Of a DNA stretch of 64,000 bases, positions 37,100 through 48,096 are shown piece after piece. This DNA is from Azolla caroliniana (taxonomy: Eukaryota > Plantae > Polypodiophyta): contig JBHGNT010000014.1 of the NCBI GenBank assembly GCA_043228905.1, positions 2,356,001-2,420,000 of the forward strand. The letters run 5' to 3'. A program made the translations under genes and the position numbers. The first letter of the stretch is position 1. Each line of letters begins with the position of its first letter. The notes beneath the pieces are model-generated. The model did not search any database. It was not told where the DNA came from and was given only the letters and a program-made list of their open reading frames with translations.

Positions 37100-39634
37100 T
37101 TAAAACATGTGATACTAGTGTATCAAGTTTCTAAAAATCGCCTAAAATCGCAAGATTATAAAAGGAATGTATAAGTGGCATGCACGATCCTTCCACTTGT
37201 GAATGCAAACTACAGATGAAATCACCTTTTGGTTTCATAAAGTATGAAAGAAATTTCAAGGATTTGTGGACGATGTGGATTCGTCTTCGTGGTGGCATTG
37301 AAGAAGAGTGGTTTAAGAGATGGAACAATTCAAGATGGGCCTTGACATGCATTTCCATTTGGAGGCAAGCTTGAAGGATCCAACAACTTTTCAAGCTCTT
37401 CTCCAAGTTTTTCAAGGTTATGATCAGCAAGTGAAGATGATGAGTTCCATGGGGTTTCCCCAAATGATGGCTTTGGGTGCAAACTTGATGCCTTGTGCCA
37501 ACCTTCAAACCTCATCTTCAATTCTGCATGGCGGACAAGTGTTTCCAAATGTGTATACTACCACAACAATAAACCCAACAAGTATATCTCAAGAAGTGGA
37601 GCAAGGAAAGAGTGAACATGGTACTATGGCCTTGGTCAATCGGCGCTTTGATGAAGTGATGGTCCATTTGTGACAATCCCAAGAAATTCACAACACTATT
37701 CCCGATGGTGGTGGCCCTAGAGGACATCATGGTGTATTTTGTTATTCTTGTCAAGAGGAGGGACACATCTCAACAAGATATCCTCATCGACAACAAAGAG
37801 GTACGGAAAGAGGCATGTAACAAGTGCAACGTAATGGACGACGACCTATCAACAATGGAGTCGAAGGAGGCGAATCCATAACACTGCCTATGGCTCAGGT
37901 TCCTACAGTTCCTCATAATGTAAATCTTCTTAAATTTACTGATGATAGTGATAATACTTGTGAAGTAGCTCCTGTGAAAAGGACAAGAGCCTTGCAAAAG
38001 GAGAAAGAAGTTGAAGGAGAATCTAGTGCCTTGAGACAAAAGAAGAAGTCTAAGGAGAATGAGGAAGAGGAGAAATTGAGAAGGAGATACTCCAAAAGGA
38101 AGATAAAGATGGAGGATATTCCTGTGGGAGAAGGTGTAGAAGCTTTCAATTAGAAGCATGAATTGATATCAAGTGGACCAAGGATAACATGGACACAACT
38201 TCTCCAATTATCTCCCACGTTACAAAAGGAGTGGGGAAAGCTTGCAAGTATCCGCCAAAATCGGAAGGCTGTGCATTACGTGGGGATCGTGCGAGTAGAA
38301 GATCGAAAGGACATACGGCCAACCATCCCCGTCTCCATGAAGGGGTTTCACATCAAAGATGCCTTGGTCGTTAATGGTGCTAGGTTAAGCTTGATTTCTG
38401 AATTTGTAGTAAACAAAGTAGGAATTCCTATTAGTAGGTCATCTTCAACAAGGGTGGTTGTAGCAAATGGTGGAGTGGCACATTTGTATTAGCATAGTGG
38501 TGGAGGTGGTTATCGAGTGTTTCAAAATAAGAGGAGAAGATGACATCAAACACTACATCAAGTTGAAGGAAAGTATACCAATTTCCCCAAAACTTAGGCA
38601 ATTCGGTGTTATACACAAGGAAGATCTTATAAAAAAGTTCAAAACATTGTTGCAAGAAAGTTTCAATTATAAGATGGAGGATTTGAAGTGCGTGTCACCT
38701 ATGGTTTTGGTTACCAAGAAGAATGAGATCGATTTCAAACCCTTGAATGATTCGACCAAACGAGATCAATTTTCACTTCCTTTTCGAGATGAGATTGTAG
38801 ATCAAATGGTCATTTATACAAAACAAGGTAATGTGGAGAATGTGGTGTGCCAAGAAGGAATTCATGTGGATGAATCAAAGATCGACGTAATTCAAAAGAT
38901 GACAATTCCAACAAGTCTCGAAGCTTTGAAGATATTTGTGCAGAAGGTTCGCTCGCTTAAAAGGTTTATTCATATGTTGGCATGCTTACTTCTCTCAAGA
39001 GTTAGGTATCGCATGGACCTACTTGTGTTTGGAGAGTTGACAAAGACATAATAATTGTGGTAACCTCTTTCTTTGTGTTGACAAGGAGAAAGATAGTGAT
39101 GGCAATTGTCAATGTGTGTGTGGATGTGTTTAGAAGCGTGAGATTTTTTTCCTACCGCATAACGAGGGTTTTTTCTCACACAATAATTTGTTATATTTTT
39201 AGTATTTATACTCCTTTGTCTATAGCCTACCATAAGGCGAAGGAGATTTTTTTTCCTTTTTCTTTTAGGCTCACCATAAATTATTCACTCAACAAGCAAG
39301 GGGGAGGGATAAATGTTTTTAGAATTCAAGCCATTGAACATTAGAAGAATATCAGCTATGGCGCATTCACGTTTGGAGGCTAAGAACATGAACCAAGATC
39401 TTAAGAAGAAGTTAAAAGTAAAAGTACGAGACATAGAGAAAAGTAAAAAGAGAGAAAACGAGCCACCCAAAAATAGTCGAAAAGGAAAGGTCATAACACT
39501 TTCTTTTTTTATACAAATAGCATGTTTAAATATGGATTAGAAAACTTGTAAAAAGAGTTATCTGTAGCCTTTTAAATCTCTAAATTTGGAGCTCGAAGGA
39601 GGGAGATAGGACTATTAGAAGGTCGATGTGTCAT
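37100..39634 (+). pseudogene. Heavily decayed, internally deleted Gypsy element (gag-like region, protease and RT remnants)
   Basis: 38163-38492 KDALVVNGARLSLIS (degenerate aspartic protease); 38467-39051 VSPMVLVTKK, DFKPLNDSTKRDQFSLPF and GIHVDESKI with the RT core missing; 37100-37210 resembles 100-215. Confidence 0.7.
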
Positions 39635-39756
39635 TGTCATAACTAGACTCGAACCCATAACCTGTTGTTACATGGGTCGAGTCTTTACCGTTATATTATA
39701 CATTGTAATTCGAAGTATATTATTTTCATTTATATTTTATTAGGAAATGGATGTAT

Positions 39757-39817
39757 ATTCCAGATTTCTCTGGAACATTCTAGAAACTTCAGGAGTATTC
39801 CTGAAGACACTATAAAA
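39757..39817 (+). promoter_or_regulatory. LTR promoter: heat-shock-element array plus TATA box
   Basis: In-register pentamers gGAAc aTTCt aGAAa cTTCa gGAGt aTTCc tGAAg (39772-39806), then TATAAAA at 39811. Confidence 0.7.
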
Positions 39818-39924
39818 GGAGGCGCAAGGCATTAGTTCGAACCAAATCGGTTCAACGCCAGTCTTAAACCTTCTAGCTGTTATTGTATATTTTCCTTCAC
39901 CTAATACATATATCCTTCGTATCA

Positions 39925-39960
<36 letters not shown>

Positions 39961-40189
39961 TCACTCGTTCCTTCTCTCAACGTTCTACACCTCTCATAGT
40001 ACTAATCCTTCTCTGTCTTAGTACTGTTCTCAACAATTGTACTAATCCTTCTTTTAGTACTAATTCCTTCTCCGCCTAGGTAGCGTTCCTGACAGTTTGA
40101 ACCGATTTTTCCATCTGGTCTTTCTCTCCCTCTTCCTTCCCTTTTATCCTCCTTCTCTTCATACTAATACCCTTATTCTCCCTATCAAA

Positions 40190-41380
40190 ATGGAAACTGT
40201 TAGCGCTCAAGAATACCAATCTGTTTTCTCGGAGCTCCAGTCCTTAAAAGAGAAATTTTTAGCGCTTGAACAAGAAAATCACCGCCTGTTGGGGGATCTT
40301 CAACAAACGGCGCTGGAAAAACAGCAACAACATGGGGAGCTGACGCTACGGGTACAACAACTCGAAGCGACCATTATATCACTCCAACAACAAGGATCAG
40401 GTAATCAAGGGATTCACAGAGAACCCAAGATCGGTCTCCCTACAAAATTTGATGGGACCAGATCATAGTTTAGAGGATTCCTCAACCAGGTACGTCTAGT
40501 GATCCAAATGCATCCTTCTCGATATCCCACCGATGCATCCCGAGTGGGACTAGTTGGCACTCTACTTAGTGGCACGGCTTTGGCATGGTTCGCCCCTCTG
40601 TTAGAGAAAAACTCTCCCATGTTAAATAATTTTGAAGAGTTTATGAGCGAGTTTAAATCCTGTTTCGGAGATACTGACAGTGTCAGAACCGCCATCAACA
40701 AAATCCGGAGATTGCGCCAAGGTGAGCGGCCGGCCTCAGCTTATGCTGCGGACTTCCGTCTTCTTGCCAGCGATATTCCCTGGGATGACCAGGCATTGAT
40801 GGAACAATTTCGCTTTGGCCTACGGAATGATGTTAAAGATCTACTCTTAACTTTCCCCGAAGAGCCAAAATCATTGACCGAAGCAATCAGTCGTGCGGTG
40901 CGATGCGATAACCGCCTCTTCGAACGACGCTCGGAACGTCAGTTCCAAATGCCAAGGACAAGATCGGAGCCTACCTATGCTTCAATCGTAGCAAAGCCTT
41001 TTTCAAGGGAGTCCTTCAGTACATCTCCAACGAATACTCCGACTCCAATGGAGATCGACACCACACGTCGTCGCGGACCACTATCGGAAGAAGAAAAGCA
41101 GCGACGCAGGGCACATCGACTATGTTTGTATTGCGGGGGACCAGGGCATATTGCAGTAAACTGTCCCAATAGACCAAAAAGACAGGTAAACCAAATAATT
41201 GCCTGTACTAATAGTACTAAACCCGAGTCTGTTTCCCTAGGTGTGTCTGATAGTCTTAATAATACTAAAACTGAGTCTACTTCCCTAGGTATGCATGAAA
41301 GTTCTAATAGTACTTATAGTCCAAATTTAGTCAACAAATTTGATGTCCTTAGTCAGTTAGAAGAAGAGTTAAACTATTAA
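40190..41380 (+). pseudogene. gag: Chromovirus gag (retrotransposon gag domain, CCHC knuckle) with one in-frame TAG at 40466-40468
   Basis: METVSAQEY...KFDGTRS*FRGFLNQ...LRQGERPASAYAADFR...PMEID...CLYCGGPGHIAVNC; the paralog at 55340-56352 has a sense codon at that position. Confidence 0.9.
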
Positions 41381-44300
41381 GTCCAGCCAAAATAGGAGCC
41401 GTTTGGTTGGACAGCCCTAGATCTGTGCAGCCCATTAGTGGTTCCATTCCCTCTAAGCAAGTTAGTGATGTGTTCGTAGCCCAAGTAGCAGTTAGTACTA
41501 AAAGTACCCCTCCAGTACATACCTTAGCACTTCTAGATTCCGGAGCTAATTCTTGCTTTATGGATAGGAATTTTGCCCAAGCCCATCAGATATCCCTCAG
41601 TAAGCTCCCGTGTCCAGCCTCAGTAGTAGTCATTGATGGTCGTCCCATTGCTTCTGGGAATATCATAGAAGAGTCAGAACCTGTTAATATTGTCCTAGAT
41701 AACTTAGCATGTGTAGTGTCGTTTAATATTATTAGTATCCCAGAACATCCCATAGTTTTAGGATTACCATGGTTCGAATTACACAATCCAAACATAGATT
41801 GGAGAACAAGGGCAATCCGGTGTCGACAAACCCAAAAGACAATGGCAACCATTTCGCTACATCAGTTGCGTGAAGAAGGGCGCAAGGAGGAGATGTTCCT
41901 TTTCGCAATATCAGTAAACCCCTCCATCACCACTAAAGAAGACAGTACTGTTCAACTCCCCGAGAAGTATCGTCAGTACGCTGATGTGTTCGATAAAGTA
42001 CAAGCCAACACACTTCCTCATCATCGGCCGTACGATTGCGCCATCGACTTACAACCGGGAAAAGAGCCGCCATGGGGGCCGATCTACAATTTGTCACCAA
42101 CCGAGCTAGAAGTCCTTCGAGCCTATATAGAGGAGAATTTGGAGAACGGTTTCATTCGGCATTCGAAATCTCCAGCCGGCGCACCCATTTTCTTCGTCAA
42201 GAAAAAAGATGGCTCGCTTCGACTTGTTGTAGATTACCGTGGCTTGAATAAGGTTACAATAAGAAATAGGTATGCTCTTCCCCTTATCTCAAGTCTTTTA
42301 GAACGAATCAATGGTGCCAGGTTCTTCACGAAGATCGATTTACGAGGAGCCTATAACCTCGTACGAATCCGACCAGGAGATGAATGGAAGACCGCGTTTC
42401 GCACCAGATATGGGCACTTCGAGTATACGGTCATGCCGTTCGGACTCACTAATGCGCCAGCAGTCTTCCAGCACATGGCGAATGATATATTTCGAGATCT
42501 ATTGGATGATTTTCTGATCATCTATTTAGATGATCTACTGGTTTATTCAAAGACCCAAGAAGAACATGATTCTCATGTACTATTAGTACTAAAACGACTT
42601 CGAGAACATAGGCTATATGCAAAGCTAGAGAAATGTAGTTTCGGGTGCAACCAGGTGGAATTTCTCGGATATGTCATCTCCTCAGAAGGCATCTCTATGG
42701 ACCCAGCTAAGGTCAAAACGGTGGTAGAATGGCAAACTCCGCGTTCGGTGCGGGATGTGCAGTGCTTCCTAGGCTTTGCAAATTTTTACCGGAAGTTCAT
42801 ACAAGATTACTCAAAAATAGTTCTGCCTCTCACACAGCTCACCAGGAAAGGACAATCATTTATCTGGTCTAAAGAAACGGACATGGCTTTCGAGAGTCTT
42901 AAGAAGGCGTTCACATCAGCTCCAATTCTAGGTCATGTGGATCCGGAACAACCATTCATTATCGAAGCTGACGCATCTGATTTCGCATTGGGGAGCATTT
43001 TGTCACAACAGGGTAATGACGAGAAGCTGCATCCTGTGGCTTTCCACTCCCGTAAGTTTGACGCCGCCGAAATCAACTACGAAATTCACGATAAAGAGCT
43101 ATTGGCAATAGTTGATTCTTTTATACAGTGGAGGCATTTTCTCGAGGGATCTCCTCATCAAGTCACTGTATTCAGTGACCACAAGAACCTTGCCTACTTT
43201 CAAGATGCTCGTGTACTGAATCGACGTCAAGCTCGATGGGCCCACTTCCTCACACGCTTCGACTTCAAAATTACATATCGTCCGGGGAAGCACCAAGGGA
43301 AGGCAGATGCATTATCACGACGTTCGTATCTAACACCACGTCCCGGGGAGCCAGCTTTCGATAACCAGAAGCAAGTAATCTTGGGACCAGCACGACTACA
43401 AGGAGCACAGGTCTTTGACATGCCCATGGACTCTGACGTCACCAATACTATACGTGAGGACTTGAAGACTGACGCCTTCGCCCAAGCTATACTAGCACAA
43501 ATTGACCCCTGTCGAGCGTCATGTTCACAGTCACAACCACCAGGTACTGACTATCGGCAATTTAAATACTGTGATGGATTACTCTTCTTTAAAGAACTTT
43601 TATATGTTCCTAATGGTTCTTGCCGCCTTCGAGTAGTACAAAACTGCCATGACACATATACAGCAGGACATTTCGGTAGTACTAAAACATTAGATTTAGT
43701 ACAACGATCATTCTGGTGGCCCCGTATGCAACAATTTGTCAAAGATTTTGTTCGGACTTGTGACACCTGTTGCAGAGCGAAAATGCCAAGGCATCATCCA
43801 TATGGTTTATTAGAACCATTACCAATTCCAAGCAAGCCATGGCAATCCATTGCTCTCGACTTCATCACAGATCTTCCAGTCTCTAAGGAGTTCAACGCGA
43901 TTCTAACAGTGGTGGATCGATATACGAAGATGGCTCATTTCTTACCATGTACTAAGGAAATATCTAGTGAAGACACCGCCGAAATTGTCATGCGGGAAGT
44001 ATGTCGGCATCATGGACTTCCCGATAGTATCATTAGCGATCGTGGACCCCAGTTTGTATCCAAATTCTGGAAGCACCTTTTTAAGATGCTCAAGGTGACT
44101 TGTAACCTCTCCTCCGGCTACCACCCACAAACCGACGGTCAAGCCGAACGAACAAATCAAACATTGGAGCAGTATCTGCGGTGCTTTCTCAGCTATCATC
44201 AGGATGACTGGGCAGATATTCTTCACTTCGCCGAATTTGCCTATAATAACGCTATCCACGCATCGACTAAAGTTACGCCATTCTATGCTTATACGGGATA

Positions 44301-44955
44301 TCATCCCCGGTGGTCTGTCCTTGAAGTCCCAGAAGTGTCCACAAATCCGTGCGCGGAGGATCGTTTGGAGCGATTACGCAAGATACAAGAAGATTTATCT
44401 ACTCAACTCCAGCATGCTCAACAATCACACAAGGACTACGCGGATCGTCATCGACTTTCATCCAGTTTTAACATTGGGGATCGGGTGTGGCTGCTACGAC
44501 GACACATCAAGACTACTCGCCCATGTGAAAAATTGGATTATCGGCGATTAGGTCCTTTCCGTATTATCGGAAAGATTAATGATGTCGCTTTTCGTCTCGA
44601 TCTACCTCCGCAACTTCGGATACATCCGGTATTTCATAGTTCCCTCCTTGAACCTTATCACGAGAGCACTATCCCAGGACGGATTACACAACCTCCACCT
44701 CCTATCGAGCTTGAAGATGGACCTGAGTATGAGGTTGCTACCATCCTTGATTCCAAGATTGTTCGCAATAAGCTCTACTATCTAGTCGATTGGCTAGGGT
44801 ATAGTCCCAGCGAGCGTACTTGGGAGCTGATCGAGAACGTGACCAATGCTCGTGCTCTTCTTGAAGACTTCCATCGTCGATATCCAGAGAAACCGGGTCC
44901 TCAATCTAAAACGACTCGTGGAACTCGTCGTTTTAAAGGGGGGATAGTGTCATAA
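41368..44955 (+). CDS. pol: Chromovirus Pol (protease, RT, RNase H, integrase, chromodomain), in the -1 frame relative to gag
   Basis: Uninterrupted ORF of 1182 aa from 41407, open upstream through 41368: LLDSGA, YLDD, EADASD, HHCC, ISDRG, GPF and C-terminal EYEVATILDS...YLVDWLGY...TWE. Confidence 0.95.
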   Translation, partial: VKLLSPAKIGAVWLDSPRSVQPISGSIPSKQVSDVFVAQVAVSTKSTPPVHTLALLDSGANSCFMDRNFAQAHQISLSKLPCPASVVVIDGRPIASGNIIEESEPVNIVLDNLACVVSFNIISIPEHPIVLGLPWFELHNPNIDWRTRAIRCRQTQKTMATISLHQLREEGRKEEMFLFAISVNPSITTKEDSTVQLPEKYRQYADVFDKVQANTLPHHRPYDCAIDLQPGKEPPWGPIYNLSPTELEVLRAYIEENLENGFIRHSKSPAGAPIFFVKKKDGSLRLVVDYRGLNKVTIRNRYALPLISSLLERINGARFFTKIDLRGAYNLVRIRPGDEWKTAFRTRYGHFEYTVMPFGLTNAPAVFQHMANDIFRDLLDDFLIIYLDDLLVYSKTQEEHDSHVLLVLKRLREHRLYAKLEKCSFGCNQVEFLGYVISSEGISMDPAKVKTVVEWQTPRSVRDVQCFLGFANFYRKFIQDYSKIVLPLTQLTRKGQSFIWSKETDMAFESLKKAFTSAPILGHVDPEQPFIIEADASDFALGSILSQQGNDEKLHPVAFHSRKFDAAEINYEIHDKELLAIVDSFIQWRHFLEGSPHQVTVFSDHKNLAYFQDARVLNRRQARWAHFLTRFDFKITYRPGKHQGKADALSRRSYLTPRPGEPAFDNQKQVILGPARLQGAQVFDMPMDSDVTNTIREDLKTDAFAQAILAQIDPCRASCSQSQPPGTDYRQFKYCDGLLFFKELLYVPNGSCRLRVVQNCHDTYTAGHFGSTKTLDLVQRSFWWPRMQQFVKDFVRTCDTCCRAKMPRHHPYGLLEPLPIPSKPWQSIALDFITDLPVSKEFNAILTVVDRYTKMAHFLPCTKEISSEDTAEIVMREVCRHHGLPDSIISDRGPQFVSKFWKHLFKMLKVTCNLSSGYHPQTDGQAERTNQTLEQYLRCFLSYHQDDWADILHFAEFAYNNAIHASTKVTPFYAYTGYHPRWSVLEVPEVSTNPCAEDRLERLRKIQEDLSTQLQHAQQSHKDYADRHRLSSSFNIGDRVWLLRRHIKTTRPCEKLDYRRLGPFRIIGKINDVAFRLDLPPQLRIHPVFHSSLLEPYHESTIPGRITQPPPPIELEDGPEYEVATILDSKIVRNKLYYLVDWLGYSPSERTWELIENVTNARALLEDFHRRYPEKPGPQSKTTRGTRRFKGGIVS

Positions 44956-45237
44956 CTAGACTCGAACCCATAACCTGTTGTTACATGGGTCGAGTCTTTA
45001 CCGTTATATTATACATTGTAATTCGAAGTATATTATTTTCATTTATATTTTATTAGGAAATGGATGTATATTCCAGATTTCTCTGGAACATTCTAGAAAC
45101 TTCAGGAGTATTCCTGAAGACACTATAAAAGGAGGCGCAAGGCATTAGTTCGAACCAAATCGGTTCAACGCCAGTCTTAAGCCTTCTAGCTGTTATTGTA
45201 TATTTTCCTTCACCTAATACATATATCCTTCGTATCA

Positions 45238-45273
<36 letters not shown>

Positions 45274-45412
45274 TCACTCGTTCCTTCTCTCAACGTTCTA
45301 CACCTCTCATAGTACTAATCCTTCTCTGTCTTAGTACTGTTCTCAACAATTGTACTAATCCTTCTTTTAGTACTAATTCCTTCTCCGCCTAGGTAGCGTT
45401 CCTGACAGTCAT

Positions 45413-46017
45413 TGGTAAAAATAGGAGATAGAAAAATTCTAAAAAGCGTGAAAGAATGAGGAAAGAGAAAGAATAAGAATATTATAAAGGGTAGAGATTC
45501 TTAGTAGAGGACAGAGTCTTCGGAGAGGAGAAAAGATCTTAGTAGTGGGAAGAAGGAAACATAGTTGAAGGAAGAAAGAGATTAAGTAGAATTGGGGAAA
45601 ATATTTGTAGGTTTGGATGATTGGAAGCAAGAAGTTCTTTGGTTTTTTGGTTCAATTTGGAGGTTATGCCCTTTGAATTGACTTGATGGTGGAATATTCA
45701 CAACTCCATCTAATCGGTTTGTTGGGAAGAAGGAAGCATAGTCGAAGGAAGAATGTGATTAAGGTAGAATAGTGAAAGACATTTGTAGGTTTAGGTAATT
45801 GGAAGTCAAGAAGTTGTTTGGCTTTTAATAGAATTTGAAGTTCATCCCCTTTGTATGGACTTGATAGTTGAATATTATAACATTGTTATCTCTTTCTCAT
45901 ATTCTCTATCTTTTGTCTTAATTTCTTGAGTCTCCCTCTCTAATTCGTAGTTCCCTTGGTCGTTATAATCTATTTTAATTCACGGCTCTCTCTAATCGGC
46001 TTGGTCACGCCCTCATA
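45413..46017 (+). repeat. Probable remainder of the LTR that the chromovirus interrupted; contains a ~178-bp tandem duplication
   Basis: Continues after TSD GTCAT; 45549-45700 and 45727-45880 are diverged copies of each other. Confidence 0.5.
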
Positions 46018-46057
46018 TTGTGTATGAATATCCTTTGTCTTATACACCCTATCACCA

Positions 46058-46276
46058 TGCAATGCCCAAGAGGGGAGAAAGAAAAGGCTGAGATGAAGAA
46101 AGTGGTGTATGCCTCAGCCATTGGCAGTTTAATGCATGCTATGGTCTACACGAGACTAGACATAACATTAGTTGTGGGAGCAGTAAGCCGATACATGAGT
46201 AATCCAGGCAGAGAACTTGTGCATCAATAAAATGGATACTCAGGTACTTAAAAGGAACCTTGGGTGTGTGCCTTGA
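46058..46276 (+). pseudogene. Copia RT/RNase H junction fragment
   Basis: QCPRGEKEKAEMKKVVYASAIGSLMHAMVYTRLDI...SRYMSNPG...KWILRYLKGT. Confidence 0.85.
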
Positions 46277-48096
46277 TGTTCCAATGTGTGTGCAGAAACA
46301 TATGTGAGGGTTTGTAGTATGTGCTTGGCAAACAACACAGAAGGAAGACAAGAGAATAGACAGAAAATATACACAGTTTAAGCTTTAATGGAAGTTTTGT
46401 TATTATGTTCTCTCTCTCTCTCTCAGAGACTCTGTACAAGAATGATCAAGAGGTGTCTTTACAATGTTAGGTTATCACTTATATACTAAGCCCTAACTAT
46501 TTGGATGAGTTCACACTAGGATACAAGGTGGAAGGAGTCGGCCTTTTATGCCAACAAACTCCCCCGTAAAAGGACTACTCTTTCCTACATGTACATGTGT
46601 TTTGGGTTATCTCCCCGTTAACCTAGATTACAAAACTAATCTAAGTTTAAGTTACAAGTCAGTCTACATATATTTGAATCGATAGAGGTGAGATTTGTGA
46701 CAAGCATAGCCTGGCTCATTATCATGATTGATTTGGTTGACTCTTACCTTTTACTCCTCGTTCGGGTTTCTTCTGCTCGGTCACTTGTCGTAGTCCCATC
46801 TTTGTCCTTAGTGTTCCGAAGCGTTGATCTAGGAGTGGCTTCGTCAGGCAATTGACGATGTTCACCTCAGTGTCGATCTTCCGGAGTTCGAGCCTCTTCT
46901 CGGTTATGAGCTCCCGGATGTGATGATACCGCACCTCAATATTCTTTGTCTTTGTGTGATAGACAGGATTGTTGATGTGGTGTATTGCACTTTGTGAGTC
47001 ACAATAGATGGTAGGCATTGGTTGATTGATTCGGCCTATAGCTGAAAAATCGGCAGACAATCGGTGCAGCTAGAGCGCTTCCTTTGCTGCCTCTAATGCT
47101 ACTATGTACTCGTCCTATATGGTTGATAGGGCCATACACTCTTGATGTTTCAACCTCCATGATATAGCACCACCACCATAGGTGAAGATATAGCTAGATG
47201 TTGACTTCCAATTGTCCGTATTTCCGGCATAGTTGGAGTGAGTGTAGCCTTCGACTTCGGCTGAGGTTGTCAAACCGAAAGTCAGTTGTGTATCTTCGGT
47301 CCCTTGCAGGTACCTAAAGATGTGTTTGACGGCCTCCCAATGCTTCCGTCTTGGGTTTGACATGTACCGGCTGACCACGCCTACGACATAGGTTAGGTCG
47401 GGTCTGGTCGCCAAGATTGCGTACATGATACTTCCTACTGCCTCAAGACCTTATGGATATAGTTGGACTAGGAGAGTTGAAGAGTCCTGGTCATCTGATT
47501 TCACTCGATCCTCATGCCCAATATGTGATGGGCTTGTCCGAGTTCCTTCATCGCAAACTTGTCATGAAGGCTCTGCTTCAACTTTCTAATCTCTGCTTGA
47601 ATGCTTCCTCCAATCAGCATGTCACCGACATATAGGATCAGATAAATCCTAGACTCTTCGGCCAGTTGCCGAATGTACATACATGGGTCGGAGTCTAATC
47701 GGTGGTATCCAAGCTACCTGATGTAGGAGGCAAATTTTTGGTACCACATCCTTGACGCTTGTTTCAAACCATAGAGGCTTTTCTTCAGTCGATATACAAG
47801 GTGACTTTCCTCCCCCGTCGTCGTGAAGCTTGCCAGTTGAGACATGTAAATGTCTTCTTCCAAATCCCCGTGTAGGAATGTCGTCTTTACATCCATTCGC
47901 TCAAGCTCCAGGTCATCTATTATAGGGTGGTCATTTTGACTACTGGTGAGAATATCTCGTCATAGTCGACCCCATATTCTTGTCTGAATTCTTTTCTGAG
48001 GAGCCGAGCTTTGTACTTGGGTTTTTCTTAGTCAGATACATACTTGTATCGGAAAACCCATTTGCAAGGTAGTGGCTTTCTCCTAGATGGTAGTTC

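Larger units (their letters stand above)
39635..45407 (+). mobile_element. Young, structurally complete Ty3/Gypsy chromovirus (Tcn1 / Tf1-sushi-like)
   Basis: 460-bp LTRs 39635-40094 and 44948-45407 (TGTCA...TGACA, one substitution seen); TSD GTCAT; PPT AAAGGGGGGATAG; gag plus pol with chromodomain; no tRNA PBS. Confidence 0.97.
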
